This document shows positions 25,787 to 34,058 of a stretch of 34,058 nt of DNA, piece by piece. Below the pieces are notes generated by a model, which saw nothing but the letters and a program-made list of their open reading frames with translations, was not told the DNA's origin and did no database searches. The DNA is from Candidatus Altiarchaeota archaeon (lineage in GTDB: Archaea; Altiarchaeota; Altiarchaeia; IMC4; QMZM01). The position numbers were made by a program, and so were the translations under genes. The stretch lies in NCBI GenBank assembly GCA_030633595.1, contig DAOVSE010000002.1:1-34058 (forward strand). The letters run 5' to 3'. The stretch's first letter is position 1. Every line of letters begins with the position of its first letter.

Positions 25787-26875
25787 ATGGATTCTATAGT
25801 CAATGCTGCGGTACAGCACGGACGGTTGGAGAGGAGGATTAATGATGAATTTGAGGGAGTTGATCATCTTAAAATTGTGGTCCTTGGTTCTGGGGGAGCA
25901 GGGAACAATACAGTGAACAGATTACAGCATATTGGTATAGATGGAGCAGAGTTGATGGCAGCAAATACTGATAAGCAGGATTTAAAGAAATTAGATGGAA
26001 ATATTACGAAGATTATGATCGGTGCGAAGCTGATGCGCGGTTTGGGAGCGGGAGGTTTCCCGGAGCTTGGGGAGAAAGCCGCTGAAGCGAGCCGTCACGA
26101 GATTGCAGATTTACTGGCAAACACCCATCTTTTATTTTTAACAGCGGGAATGGGCGGCGGAACCGGAACGGGTTCTGTACCCGTTATTGCAGAAATTGCC
26201 AAGGAGGAGGGAGCAATAGTCGTAGCAATTGTGACATTCCCATTTGAGCTTGAGAGGGCAAGACTGGACAAAGCAAGGAGTGGTATTGAAAAATTAAGAA
26301 AGGTCGCTGATACAGTAATAATAATAGATAACAATAAACTGGTAGAATATGTCCCTAATTTGCCACTGGATAAGGCCTTTTCCGTAGCGGATGAGGTCGT
26401 TGCCAGAGCAGTTAAGGGTATTACTGAAACGATAATGGAACCGAGTTTGGTAAATCTCGATTTTGCCGATATAAAGGCGGTACTCGACAGAGGGGAGGTA
26501 GCGGTTATATCTGTGGGGGATGGAGAGGGTCCCGACAGGGTGGAGAAAGCGGTTGAAAATACCCTGAAACAGCCCTTGCTTGATGTTGACTACAGTGATG
26601 CCTCTGGAGCCCTGATCCATATCACTGGTGGAGAGGATATGACCCTGGGAGAAGCAAACAGAGTCGGACAAATGATAACCAGGGAGCTTCAACCAGAAGC
26701 AACAGTAACGTGGGGCTCAAGAGTAGATCCAGCATTGCATGATAAGATAGAGGTAATTGCCATAATAACGGGTGTGAAGTCCCCAAACATACTCGGTTTA
26801 GGAAAATCAACTGGCGGTGCATTTGTGTATACTGAGGAGTTTCATAACTGGGCAGGCGGCATAAACGAGATCTGA
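25787..26875 (+). CDS. ftsZ: cell division protein FtsZ (FtsZ2-like)
   Basis: [21 protein letters not shown]; ERAR and YVPNLP features match archaeal FtsZ2. Confidence 0.95.
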   Translation: MDSIVNAAVQHGRLERRINDEFEGVDHLKIVVLGSGGAGNNTVNRLQHIGIDGAELMAANTDKQDLKKLDGNITKIMIGAKLMRGLGAGGFPELGEKAAEASRHEIADLLANTHLLFLTAGMGGGTGTGSVPVIAEIAKEEGAIVVAIVTFPFELERARLDKARSGIEKLRKVADTVIIIDNNKLVEYVPNLPLDKAFSVADEVVARAVKGITETIMEPSLVNLDFADIKAVLDRGEVAVISVGDGEGPDRVEKAVENTLKQPLLDVDYSDASGALIHITGGEDMTLGEANRVGQMITRELQPEATVTWGSRVDPALHDKIEVIAIITGVKSPNILGLGKSTGGAFVYTEEFHNWAGGINEI

Positions 26876-26876
26876 A

Positions 26877-27428
26877 TTACTTTTTCATCTCTTTCGTAAC
26901 ATCAAACACCCTGATGGCGAGGTTTTCAACTGTAGAAATGCCCAGATCGTCTTTCAGAACATCCCCGGGAGTTCTGCCGACTGCAATTCCGCCGAAGTGA
27001 GCGGTTTTTTTATCTGAAACAACAATCATCTCATGCAGTAACATCCAGTTATGTATCTGCGTACAAACATGTTCCTGTCCGCCATTCCTGCTCCCGCCCA
27101 CTGCGATAGCACCACCGACCTTTCCGGATAACCTGTAATTGCCCCTTCTAAGAGGAAAGGTTCTGTCGAAGAGGGATTTCAATTTTCCGGAAACCGAGGC
27201 AAAATATGTCGGAGACCCAATTATGATAGCATCTGCAGACTTCATTGCATCGAGAATTTCATCGACATCATCTTCTGTAGATTCCAGCCAGTAATTAATC
27301 TTTTTCTCAGCTAATGAAACAAAAGCTGTCTCTGCGCCCCTTTTCTTGCATATGTCAAGAGCCCTTCTGATTAGGATCTCCGTATTTCCTCCTTTCCTGG
27401 AAGACCCACTTATACCGAGAATTTTCAC
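26877..27428 (-). CDS. flavodoxin-family / iron-sulfur-flavoprotein-like FMN protein
   Basis: GISGSSRKGGNT, IIGSPTYF, AVGGSRNGGQE, HFGG; the Cys cluster motif is missing. Confidence 0.85.
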   Translation of the reverse strand: MKILGISGSSRKGGNTEILIRRALDICKKRGAETAFVSLAEKKINYWLESTEDDVDEILDAMKSADAIIIGSPTYFASVSGKLKSLFDRTFPLRRGNYRLSGKVGGAIAVGGSRNGGQEHVCTQIHNWMLLHEMIVVSDKKTAHFGGIAVGRTPGDVLKDDLGISTVENLAIRVFDVTKEMKK

Positions 27429-27437
27429 ATATATGAT

Positions 27438-27965
27438 TTAGGAAAGTGAGTTTATAAGATTATTCAGATCCAGTATGCGTTTGACTGCTGGATGCCCTTC
27501 ACCCAATTCTTTTTTGATTCTCTCTATTGTCGTTTCTATCGGAACTACCGATGATTCCTCAATGAGATTATCTGCGTGAGCTACCACCTTTTCCTCCAGT
27601 GTTTCTGGCAGATAGTCCCCCTCTGGAAGTCCAAGGGATTTGGCCTCCTCCCTTGTTAAGCCAGCACCTATATGTGTTTCACAAACCCTCGCGAATTTTT
27701 CAAGTTTCAGCCTTCTCAGGATCCTTGCACCCTCGATGCCGTGTCTAATTCCGTGAGTTTTGCATCTTCCAATATCGTGGAGTAATGCGGCAATTTCTAC
27801 AAAATCTACATCGATCTCGTAACCATTATCCCTTATTTTTTGAGCAATCTCTTTGGCAAATTTAGAAACAGCGAGCATATGGGATATGACCCGTTCATCA
27901 CAGCCCTCTTCCCGTAAAAGTGACAAAGCCTCAGACCGACCTAAGGAAATTGTTGATCTTTGCAA
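27438..27965 (-). CDS. HD-domain (HDIG) phosphohydrolase
   Basis: ALLHDIGR, HGIEGA, HIGAG, EEKVVAHADN; usual neighbour of tfe; start uncertain. Confidence 0.88.
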   Translation of the reverse strand: MQRSTISLGRSEALSLLREEGCDERVISHMLAVSKFAKEIAQKIRDNGYEIDVDFVEIAALLHDIGRCKTHGIRHGIEGARILRRLKLEKFARVCETHIGAGLTREEAKSLGLPEGDYLPETLEEKVVAHADNLIEESSVVPIETTIERIKKELGEGHPAVKRILDLNNLINSLS

Positions 27966-28419
27966 TTTCAGTCTCTATCTCACTGATCTCTTTGGAATTA
28001 TCAAAGGCTAGATAAGGTTCATTGCACTCAGGGCATATAAAATCGGTATTTGTTGCCTTTTCAAAAGAAACCCGCGAACACGAACACTTGAAGATCATAC
28101 CGTTTTTCTCCTCGTTCAGCGTCTGATAAAGACCGTCTAGCCTGTTTTGCAGATAATTATTGATATATTCCATCACCTTATTGTCACGCTTTTTCCAGAG
28201 GTAGGTATACCAGCCAGTCTTCTTATTTTTTGTACGCTCATATTCTACCAGGCTTTTAACATGTAGATCATTTAGAAGGGTTCTAACAATCGTTTCCTTA
28301 ACGTTCAATTCAGCTGCTAGTTCTTCATCGCGTTTTGGTTCAGAAAGTTTTTCTATAACGGTGACGTGATCCTTACTCATAGATTCAGCCAAGATATTAA
28401 CTAGTAATTCATTGTCCAT
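27931..28419 (-). CDS. tfe: transcription factor E (TFE alpha)
   Basis: DEELAAELNVKETIVRTLL, TGWYTYLW, Zn ribbon FKCSC...FICPECN; RBS GAGGGGTGA favours ATG 28419. Confidence 0.92.
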   Translation of the reverse strand: MDNELLVNILAESMSKDHVTVIEKLSEPKRDEELAAELNVKETIVRTLLNDLHVKSLVEYERTKNKKTGWYTYLWKKRDNKVMEYINNYLQNRLDGLYQTLNEEKNGMIFKCSCSRVSFEKATNTDFICPECNEPYLAFDNSKEISEIETEIAKINNFLRSV

Positions 28420-28470
28420 GTTAATCCCGCTCACCCCTCAACTTAATATATATAGATTGAGTGAATAAAT

Positions 28471-28950
28471 ATGCATATGTTCGAATATTTCTCAGAGATC
28501 GCAAATGATGTCATTGAGTCAAATGGGCTTTGGGGCATATTCATCATCGCAACCTTGGAATCCTTTATATTCCCTGTGCCTACTGCAATAATAATAACGG
28601 CCGGGACCGCTCTGAACTTGGATCCCTTCTCAGTTGTGATATTTGCAACAATTGGTTCGGTTATCGGTGCCGTAATTGGCTATTTTTTAGGCATGAAGGG
28701 AGGCAGACCCGCATTGATCTGGTTATTTGATGAGAAAAAGATCAATAAAGTCGATAGATTATTCGAAAAATACGGTGTTTATGCCATAGGAATTGCCGCC
28801 TTTACCCCCTTACCCTTTAAGATATTTACGATATCGGCAGGAGTTGCAAGGATGAACATCGTCGCTTTCATATTAGTTTCCATACCCTGCAGATTCCTGC
28901 AGTTTCTGCTCTTCGCTCTGTTCGGGAACTGGCTGTCTGGGTTTCTGTAG
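28471..28950 (+). CDS. DedA/YqaA (VTT domain) membrane protein
   Basis: ESFIFPVP, GAVIGYFLG..GGRP, FTPLPFKIFTISAG. Confidence 0.9.
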   Translation: MHMFEYFSEIANDVIESNGLWGIFIIATLESFIFPVPTAIIITAGTALNLDPFSVVIFATIGSVIGAVIGYFLGMKGGRPALIWLFDEKKINKVDRLFEKYGVYAIGIAAFTPLPFKIFTISAGVARMNIVAFILVSIPCRFLQFLLFALFGNWLSGFL

Positions 28951-29139
28951 AAACTTTCATTAATTTTTGGTCGAGGTTTTTTAAAGCTCGAACGTTGACG
29001 GAAAACCTGATTAAATTTTTGGTCGAGGTTTTTTAAAGCTCGATGACGGAAAACCTGATTAAATTTTTGGTCGAGGTTTTTTAAAGCTCGATGACGGAAA
29101 ACCTGATTAAATTTTTGGTCGAGGTTTTTTAAAGCTCGA
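28951..29139. repeat. tandem repeat, 4 copies of a 30-bp hairpin core, periods 52/48/48 bp
   Basis: AATTTTTGGTCGAGGTTTTTTAAAGCTCGA at 28962, 29014, 29062 and 29110, between convergent genes. Confidence 0.95.
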
Positions 29140-29152
29140 AATTCTATCAAAA

Positions 29153-31207
29153 CTATTCCTCTAGGTCCTCCCACTCCCCATCAAGGGCTTCCCAGTCTTC
29201 TAGCAGAACTCCCTCTCCTGCCCTCTTGCCCTTCTTCTTTCCCTTTCTCCCCTTGGGTGCCTTGGACCTTACAAAAATCGCAACTATTAAAAAGATTATC
29301 ACTAAGAAACCAACAAGTATTGCAGGGTTAGATAGTAGAGAAATTATGTCAGATTCCTCCGGTAGGGTGGTTGTGGTTGTAACAGTGAGGGTAGTTGTTG
29401 TGGTAGTTGTTGTAGCGTTCTTTTCTAGCAATATCCCCTCGACTATTGCCATTGAATAATCACATCTTAATAAGCCATCTGAATCGTTAATCTCCGCATA
29501 AATATCCCTCGCATTATTTAAATATTTTTTGGTCGATTCGTAATCCCTAACATTGTAATAGAGTAACGCCCTTGCATACTGGGAATCTGCCTCAGCCCTT
29601 CGATTATCGTTTAATCTCTCAGTGATATCCTCAAGTAATGAATCGCACTCTGAGACACCAGAAGAGAAATCTGCTTCAAGATATAATTGCCTCGCCCTTC
29701 CAAGGTAACTCTTTGCCTCTTGATACCTAGTTAATTCATAATTTTCCTTACCCAAGGCATAATATCTATCCGCACTCTGCTTCTTAACGAATGTTCCAAT
29801 TATCTCATACTCATAAACCATTCTATTTGATGTGGCTATTAGATCCTCGTAGCTATTATCGTCTAAATATGTAGAAAATATTCTATTGATGCCCCTAACA
29901 ACCAGTTTGTTGTACTTAAATTGACCGCTCCAATCGAGCTGACCGCTGTCGTCAATCACATACAGAATACCTTCAGATATCAGCAATATTTCATTAACTC
30001 CATGCTCATCAAGGGTTTTCATATACATCGCACTGATAGACGATTTTGGTTTCATTCGATACATCCATAACTCCTTGCCTTCTCTGTTGATGACCCCAAC
30101 GCCTGATATGCCAGAACTTGAATTTCTAAAACCAACGATTATCTCATCATTCCAATCGTTGTTTATATCCAGGACGTATAATTTCTTAACATCACCCCGA
30201 GCTTCATAACTGGCCTGTACATGGCCAGTATAATTAAAGACATATATCTTATTTCCAGAACCAACGATAATTTCTTCATCCCTATCATGATAGAAATTAG
30301 AAATGTCTGCATTCCAGAATGTATCTTCAATCTCTGACATATATGATTTTGACAGTAGATCCCCAGACTTATTGAATATAACAATGCTACCATTTACCAA
30401 GGATGACTCTGAGAAATTCCATCCCTTGTCTGTAGTTTCTTCCCATTCACATTCCATCCACGTCTCATTTCGATTACACTCATTGCTTTCATCATCCCAG
30501 AAACATCCGGGACAGGTACATTCAGCTTCAGTATAATAAGTATGTTTAATCTCCCACTCTGTCCAACAATGTCTATGTCTGTATACAATGTCAGTATATC
30601 TCTTAAAGTAATTGTTTTGATATCCCCCAGATACAACTATAACCTCATCCTTATCATCGCCATTAATATCGCTAATGATTATCGACCTCACCCACAGGTC
30701 AACTTCATCCCATCTGTTAATCTTTCCCCCATCTATAACATAGAAACTACCCTTGCTTTTAAGCACCTTATACAGCAGATCTTCTTCCTCTGGGATTCCG
30801 TCATACATGGAATAAAGTTCACTCTGATTTAGCTCTTTTGTCTCCATCCATCCCAAACCCAAGAGAATTTCATCCTCATCATCCTCGTCTATATCCTCCA
30901 TCTCAATCTCATAGATCTCGCCGGGCGTTTGTATGGTATATCTTTCGGTCAGGTTCCCGTTCCTATCGAGTATATATAAAGTATCGCCGGATGCAACGAG
31001 TACAACAGATCTGTTGTTTATCTTTCCTACGGTTAGAGCAGTGATATCATCGTCTACAGAGTATCTCCATTTAGGTATAATGTCCTCATCACCTAGGAAA
31101 GTCTGGGCGGAGGGAGAATTTATCAACAAAATCGTAAACATAAAAAATACTGCTATTGGTATAAGCCTGTTTTCAGACGTTTTCAGGAGATTGTATAATT
31201 TCACCAT
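29153..31207 (-). CDS. cell-surface protein: FG-GAP/beta-propeller repeats, TPR-like helices, Thr-rich stalk, C-terminal TM
   Basis: Signal peptide; DINGDDKDEVIV and DINNDWNDEIIVG repeats; helical A..YY..G..Y repeats; poly-Thr; TM plus charged tail. Confidence 0.75.
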   Translation of the reverse strand: MVKLYNLLKTSENRLIPIAVFFMFTILLINSPSAQTFLGDEDIIPKWRYSVDDDITALTVGKINNRSVVLVASGDTLYILDRNGNLTERYTIQTPGEIYEIEMEDIDEDDEDEILLGLGWMETKELNQSELYSMYDGIPEEEDLLYKVLKSKGSFYVIDGGKINRWDEVDLWVRSIIISDINGDDKDEVIVVSGGYQNNYFKRYTDIVYRHRHCWTEWEIKHTYYTEAECTCPGCFWDDESNECNRNETWMECEWEETTDKGWNFSESSLVNGSIVIFNKSGDLLSKSYMSEIEDTFWNADISNFYHDRDEEIIVGSGNKIYVFNYTGHVQASYEARGDVKKLYVLDINNDWNDEIIVGFRNSSSGISGVGVINREGKELWMYRMKPKSSISAMYMKTLDEHGVNEILLISEGILYVIDDSGQLDWSGQFKYNKLVVRGINRIFSTYLDDNSYEDLIATSNRMVYEYEIIGTFVKKQSADRYYALGKENYELTRYQEAKSYLGRARQLYLEADFSSGVSECDSLLEDITERLNDNRRAEADSQYARALLYYNVRDYESTKKYLNNARDIYAEINDSDGLLRCDYSMAIVEGILLEKNATTTTTTTTLTVTTTTTLPEESDIISLLSNPAILVGFLVIIFLIVAIFVRSKAPKGRKGKKKGKRAGEGVLLEDWEALDGEWEDLEE

Positions 31208-31249
31208 ATAAGATATTTACATTTACTTATTTAATTCATATAGGTTAAT

Positions 31250-33925
31250 ATGAATGAGAAACCATGGGCAGTTGAAGTCGATGACATTATCAAGCAAGTG
31301 AAGACTTCAAGAGATGGGTTGAATGCTAGTGAGGCTGAAGGAAGGCTTTCAAAATTTGGATCAAATGAGATAACGAAGAAGGGGGGGACAACACCACTGC
31401 AGATATTCCTTGAACAGTTCAAGAGTTTTCTTGTGATTATCCTGATATTTGCTGCAATCATTTCTGCAGGGATAGGTATCTCCCGAGGTTCTGAAGAGGA
31501 TATCTTGGAGGCTCTCGCAATCCTTCTTGTCGTTGTTTTTATTGCAATTACCGGTTTCATTCAGGAATACAGGGCTGAAAAGGAGCTATTGGCATTGAGG
31601 GATATAGTATCTCCTACTGCATTGGTAATTAGAAACGGAAAAAAGGAGGAGATACCGGCGAAAAACCTTGTTCCGGGAGATGTTATCCTGATAGAAGCGG
31701 GAGACAGAATCCCTGCAGATTCCCGGCTCTTGAATGTAATAAATCTAAAGGTTGATGAGGCCTCCCTGACCGGCGAATCCATACCTGTGGAAAAGGAAAT
31801 TTCGATTCTTAAAGCAGACACTACCCTTGGAGATAGAAAGAACATGATATTCATGGGGACTAACGCCACATATGGAAAAGCCACCGCTGTTGTTATAAAT
31901 ACTGGAATGAAAACTGAGCTGGGTAAAATTGCAGAAAAAATTCAGACCATGGAGAAGGAAAAAACACCATTACAGATGCGTTTAGATATGGTCGGGAGGC
32001 AGATAGGTTTAATAGTAATTCTGCTATGTGCGATAATATTTTTTGCAGGTACACTTGGAGGGAGAGATCCAATCTTTATGTTCCTGGTCGCTGTTGCCCT
32101 GGCAGTTGCAGCAGTTCCGGAGGGACTTCCCGCTGTTGTTACAGTTACTCTGGCGAGGGGGATGAGACTCATGGTAAAAAGAAACGCAATTGTGAGGAAA
32201 CTGACAGCAGTTGAAACCCTTGGTTCTACGGATATTATCTGCTCCGACAAGACCGGAACCCTGACAAGAAATGAGATGACGATAAGGAAGCTCTTTATTA
32301 ATAACAGGAATATAGATGTCACCGGGGGAGGATACAAGCCAGAAGGGGAATTTCTTATCGATGGAAAACGAATAGATTCCAAGACAGAGGAACTTCAATT
32401 ATTATTCAGAATAGGTACTCTCTGCAATAATGCGTCCCTGGAGAAAACCGGCAGTGGGTGGAAGATCACGGGTGATCCGACGGAGGCAAGTCTGATTGTT
32501 GCAGCATCCAAAGCAGGAATAGGACAGAGCCAGGTTAGTGAGAAATTTCCAAGGATTGCGGAATTGCCCTTTGACTCTGTAAGGAAGAGGATGACAACCA
32601 TACATAAGACTCCTGAAGGTGGAAGGATTGCCTATGTCAAAGGTGCTCCGGATGTCATTCTAACACTTTGCAGATACATCTATGACAAAGGAACTGAGAG
32701 GGAGCTAACGATAGAAGATAGAGAAAAAATTCTCTCTATGAATGACATATTTGCGGGAAATGCGCTAAGAATTCTTGGTGCTGCCTATAAAAGGCTTGAT
32801 CACATGGAGGATTTTACCGAGGATTCAGAAAGGGACCTCGTTTTTGTTGGTTTGTTGGGAATGATCGACCCTCCAAGGGAGGATGCAAAGAAGGCTATTA
32901 ATATTTGTAGAAAGGCGGGCATAAAATCCGTAATGATTACAGGAGATCACAAGCTTACAGCCATCGCAGTAGCAAAGGAGATGAATATGTTCAGGGAGGG
33001 TGACATGATTTTAACTGGTGTAGAGCTGGAAGAGATTTCAGATGAGGACCTTGAAAAGATAGTAGAAAATGTTATCATTTATGCCAGAGTCTCCCCGGAG
33101 CATAAACTGAAGATAGTAAAGGCTTTGAAGAAAAAGGGTCACATTGTTGCCATGACAGGTGATGGTGTTAACGATGCTCCTGCTCTGAAGAAGGCGGATA
33201 TCGGAGTCTCTATGGGCATTACTGGGACGGATGTCACAAAGGAGGCAAGTGATATGGTCCTTACCGATGATAATTTTGCCTCTATCGTTTCCGCAGTAGA
33301 GGGGGGTAGAGGGATTTACGATAACATAAAATCATTTATAAAATATCTGCTCTCATGCAACATAGGTGAGGTAATGACGATATTCATTGGGGTGATGACC
33401 CTGCCTAGATTACCTTTACTTCCGTTACAGATCCTGTGGATGAACCTATTGACGGACGCCGCACCGGCCCTAGCCCTGGGCTGGAATCCAGCAGATCCCG
33501 ACATCATGAAGAGAAGACCCAGAAATCCGAAGGAACATATAATCACAAAGGATACATTGATGAGATTCATAGGTGTTGGGGTATTGATGTGTGCTGGAAC
33601 CTTGATTATATTCAATCATTATCTAGATATTAATGGGGAAAAGGCGCAGACTATGGCATTTACCACTCTTGTCATGTTCCAGATGTTCTATGTCCTTAGC
33701 TGCAGGTCGGAGAGGTTTCCATTCTTCAAGGTAGGGGTTCTCTCTAACAGGTATTTGATAATCGCAGTAGCATTCTCAGTACTCATGCAGATTGTAGTAG
33801 TAAATTTACCGTTCTTCCAGACAATTTTTGGAACAGTAACTTTAAGCATTGAAGAATGGCTTTTGGCTATTATAGTTTCATCTACTGCATTTTTTATTCC
33901 CGAATTTTTGAAATATAGGAAATGA
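31250..33925 (+). CDS. P-type II cation (Ca2+)-transporting ATPase
   Basis: TGES, VPEGL, DKTGTLT, KGAP, MITGD, TGDGVND, ILWMNLLTD. Confidence 0.96.
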   Translation: MNEKPWAVEVDDIIKQVKTSRDGLNASEAEGRLSKFGSNEITKKGGTTPLQIFLEQFKSFLVIILIFAAIISAGIGISRGSEEDILEALAILLVVVFIAITGFIQEYRAEKELLALRDIVSPTALVIRNGKKEEIPAKNLVPGDVILIEAGDRIPADSRLLNVINLKVDEASLTGESIPVEKEISILKADTTLGDRKNMIFMGTNATYGKATAVVINTGMKTELGKIAEKIQTMEKEKTPLQMRLDMVGRQIGLIVILLCAIIFFAGTLGGRDPIFMFLVAVALAVAAVPEGLPAVVTVTLARGMRLMVKRNAIVRKLTAVETLGSTDIICSDKTGTLTRNEMTIRKLFINNRNIDVTGGGYKPEGEFLIDGKRIDSKTEELQLLFRIGTLCNNASLEKTGSGWKITGDPTEASLIVAASKAGIGQSQVSEKFPRIAELPFDSVRKRMTTIHKTPEGGRIAYVKGAPDVILTLCRYIYDKGTERELTIEDREKILSMNDIFAGNALRILGAAYKRLDHMEDFTEDSERDLVFVGLLGMIDPPREDAKKAINICRKAGIKSVMITGDHKLTAIAVAKEMNMFREGDMILTGVELEEISDEDLEKIVENVIIYARVSPEHKLKIVKALKKKGHIVAMTGDGVNDAPALKKADIGVSMGITGTDVTKEASDMVLTDDNFASIVSAVEGGRGIYDNIKSFIKYLLSCNIGEVMTIFIGVMTLPRLPLLPLQILWMNLLTDAAPALALGWNPADPDIMKRRPRNPKEHIITKDTLMRFIGVGVLMCAGTLIIFNHYLDINGEKAQTMAFTTLVMFQMFYVLSCRSERFPFFKVGVLSNRYLIIAVAFSVLMQIVVVNLPFFQTIFGTVTLSIEEWLLAIIVSSTAFFIPEFLKYRK

Positions 33926-34058
33926 ACGAATTAGGTCTAAGGAAGAACTGGGTCTACGAAACGATTATAACAACCAGTAGAGATGGAAGGGTGAATGCAG
34001 CACCGATGGGGATATGGACGGATGATTTTGAAATAATTAGTCTCGATGTATATAAAAC
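33922..34058 (+). CDS. DUF447 family protein, partial (runs off the window)
   Basis: Manual translation MNELGLRKNWVYETIITTSRDGRVNAAPMGIW; ATGA overlap with the ATPase stop. Confidence 0.8.
   Translation, partial: MNELGLRKNWVYETIITTSRDGRVNAAPMGIWTDDFEIISLDVYK

Noticed and set aside
28951-29139. CRISPR array
   Set aside because: The intervening sequences are only 18-22 bp and essentially identical, so there are no unique spacers; no cas genes nearby
28779-29174. 131-aa minus-strand ORF with RALKNLDQKFNQVF repeats
   Set aside because: By-product of the 48-bp tandem repeat; overlaps the DedA gene antisense
47-33633. Numerous 60-185 aa antisense or alternate-frame ORFs inside housekeeping genes
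   Set aside because: Shadow ORFs overlapping well-supported genes, with no motifs of their own

Overview
Archaeal chromosomal window, mostly housekeeping. An Altiarchaeota/DPANN-like origin is inferred from gene content and the Thr-rich surface proteins. Genes include egsA, aIF-2beta, a coiled-coil histone-fold protein, tRNA-Cys(GCA), adkA-DUF106-rpl34e, nurA, a GbsR-regulated MacB/LolD-type ABC operon, two ion antiporters, ferredoxin plus geranylgeranyl reductase, a phasin/UbiB pair, proS, Sec61beta, SRP RNA, ftsZ, tfe and a P-type Ca2+-ATPase. Six ORFs missing from the supplied track were found by hand: HTH, AbrB-like, 2x[4Fe-4S] ferredoxin, rubredoxin-like, Sec61beta and a partial DUF447. 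Main observations: (1) A ~2 kb integrase-less islet at tRNA-Cys carries an NYN/PIN-fold RNase preceded by two covarying hairpin repeats, a candidate RNA-antitoxin (type III TA-like) module and the best candidate for an undescribed system. (2) Gene ends are repeatedly duplicated (tRNA 3' end, permease 3' end, GGR 3' end, proS 5' end) around cargo genes or modular palindromic elements. (3) The SRP RNA appears to lack helix 6 and has a non-GNRA helix-8 loop. (4) There is an internally deleted remnant of a Tes/MJ0619-family radical SAM gene. All assignments are by eye, with no database searches.
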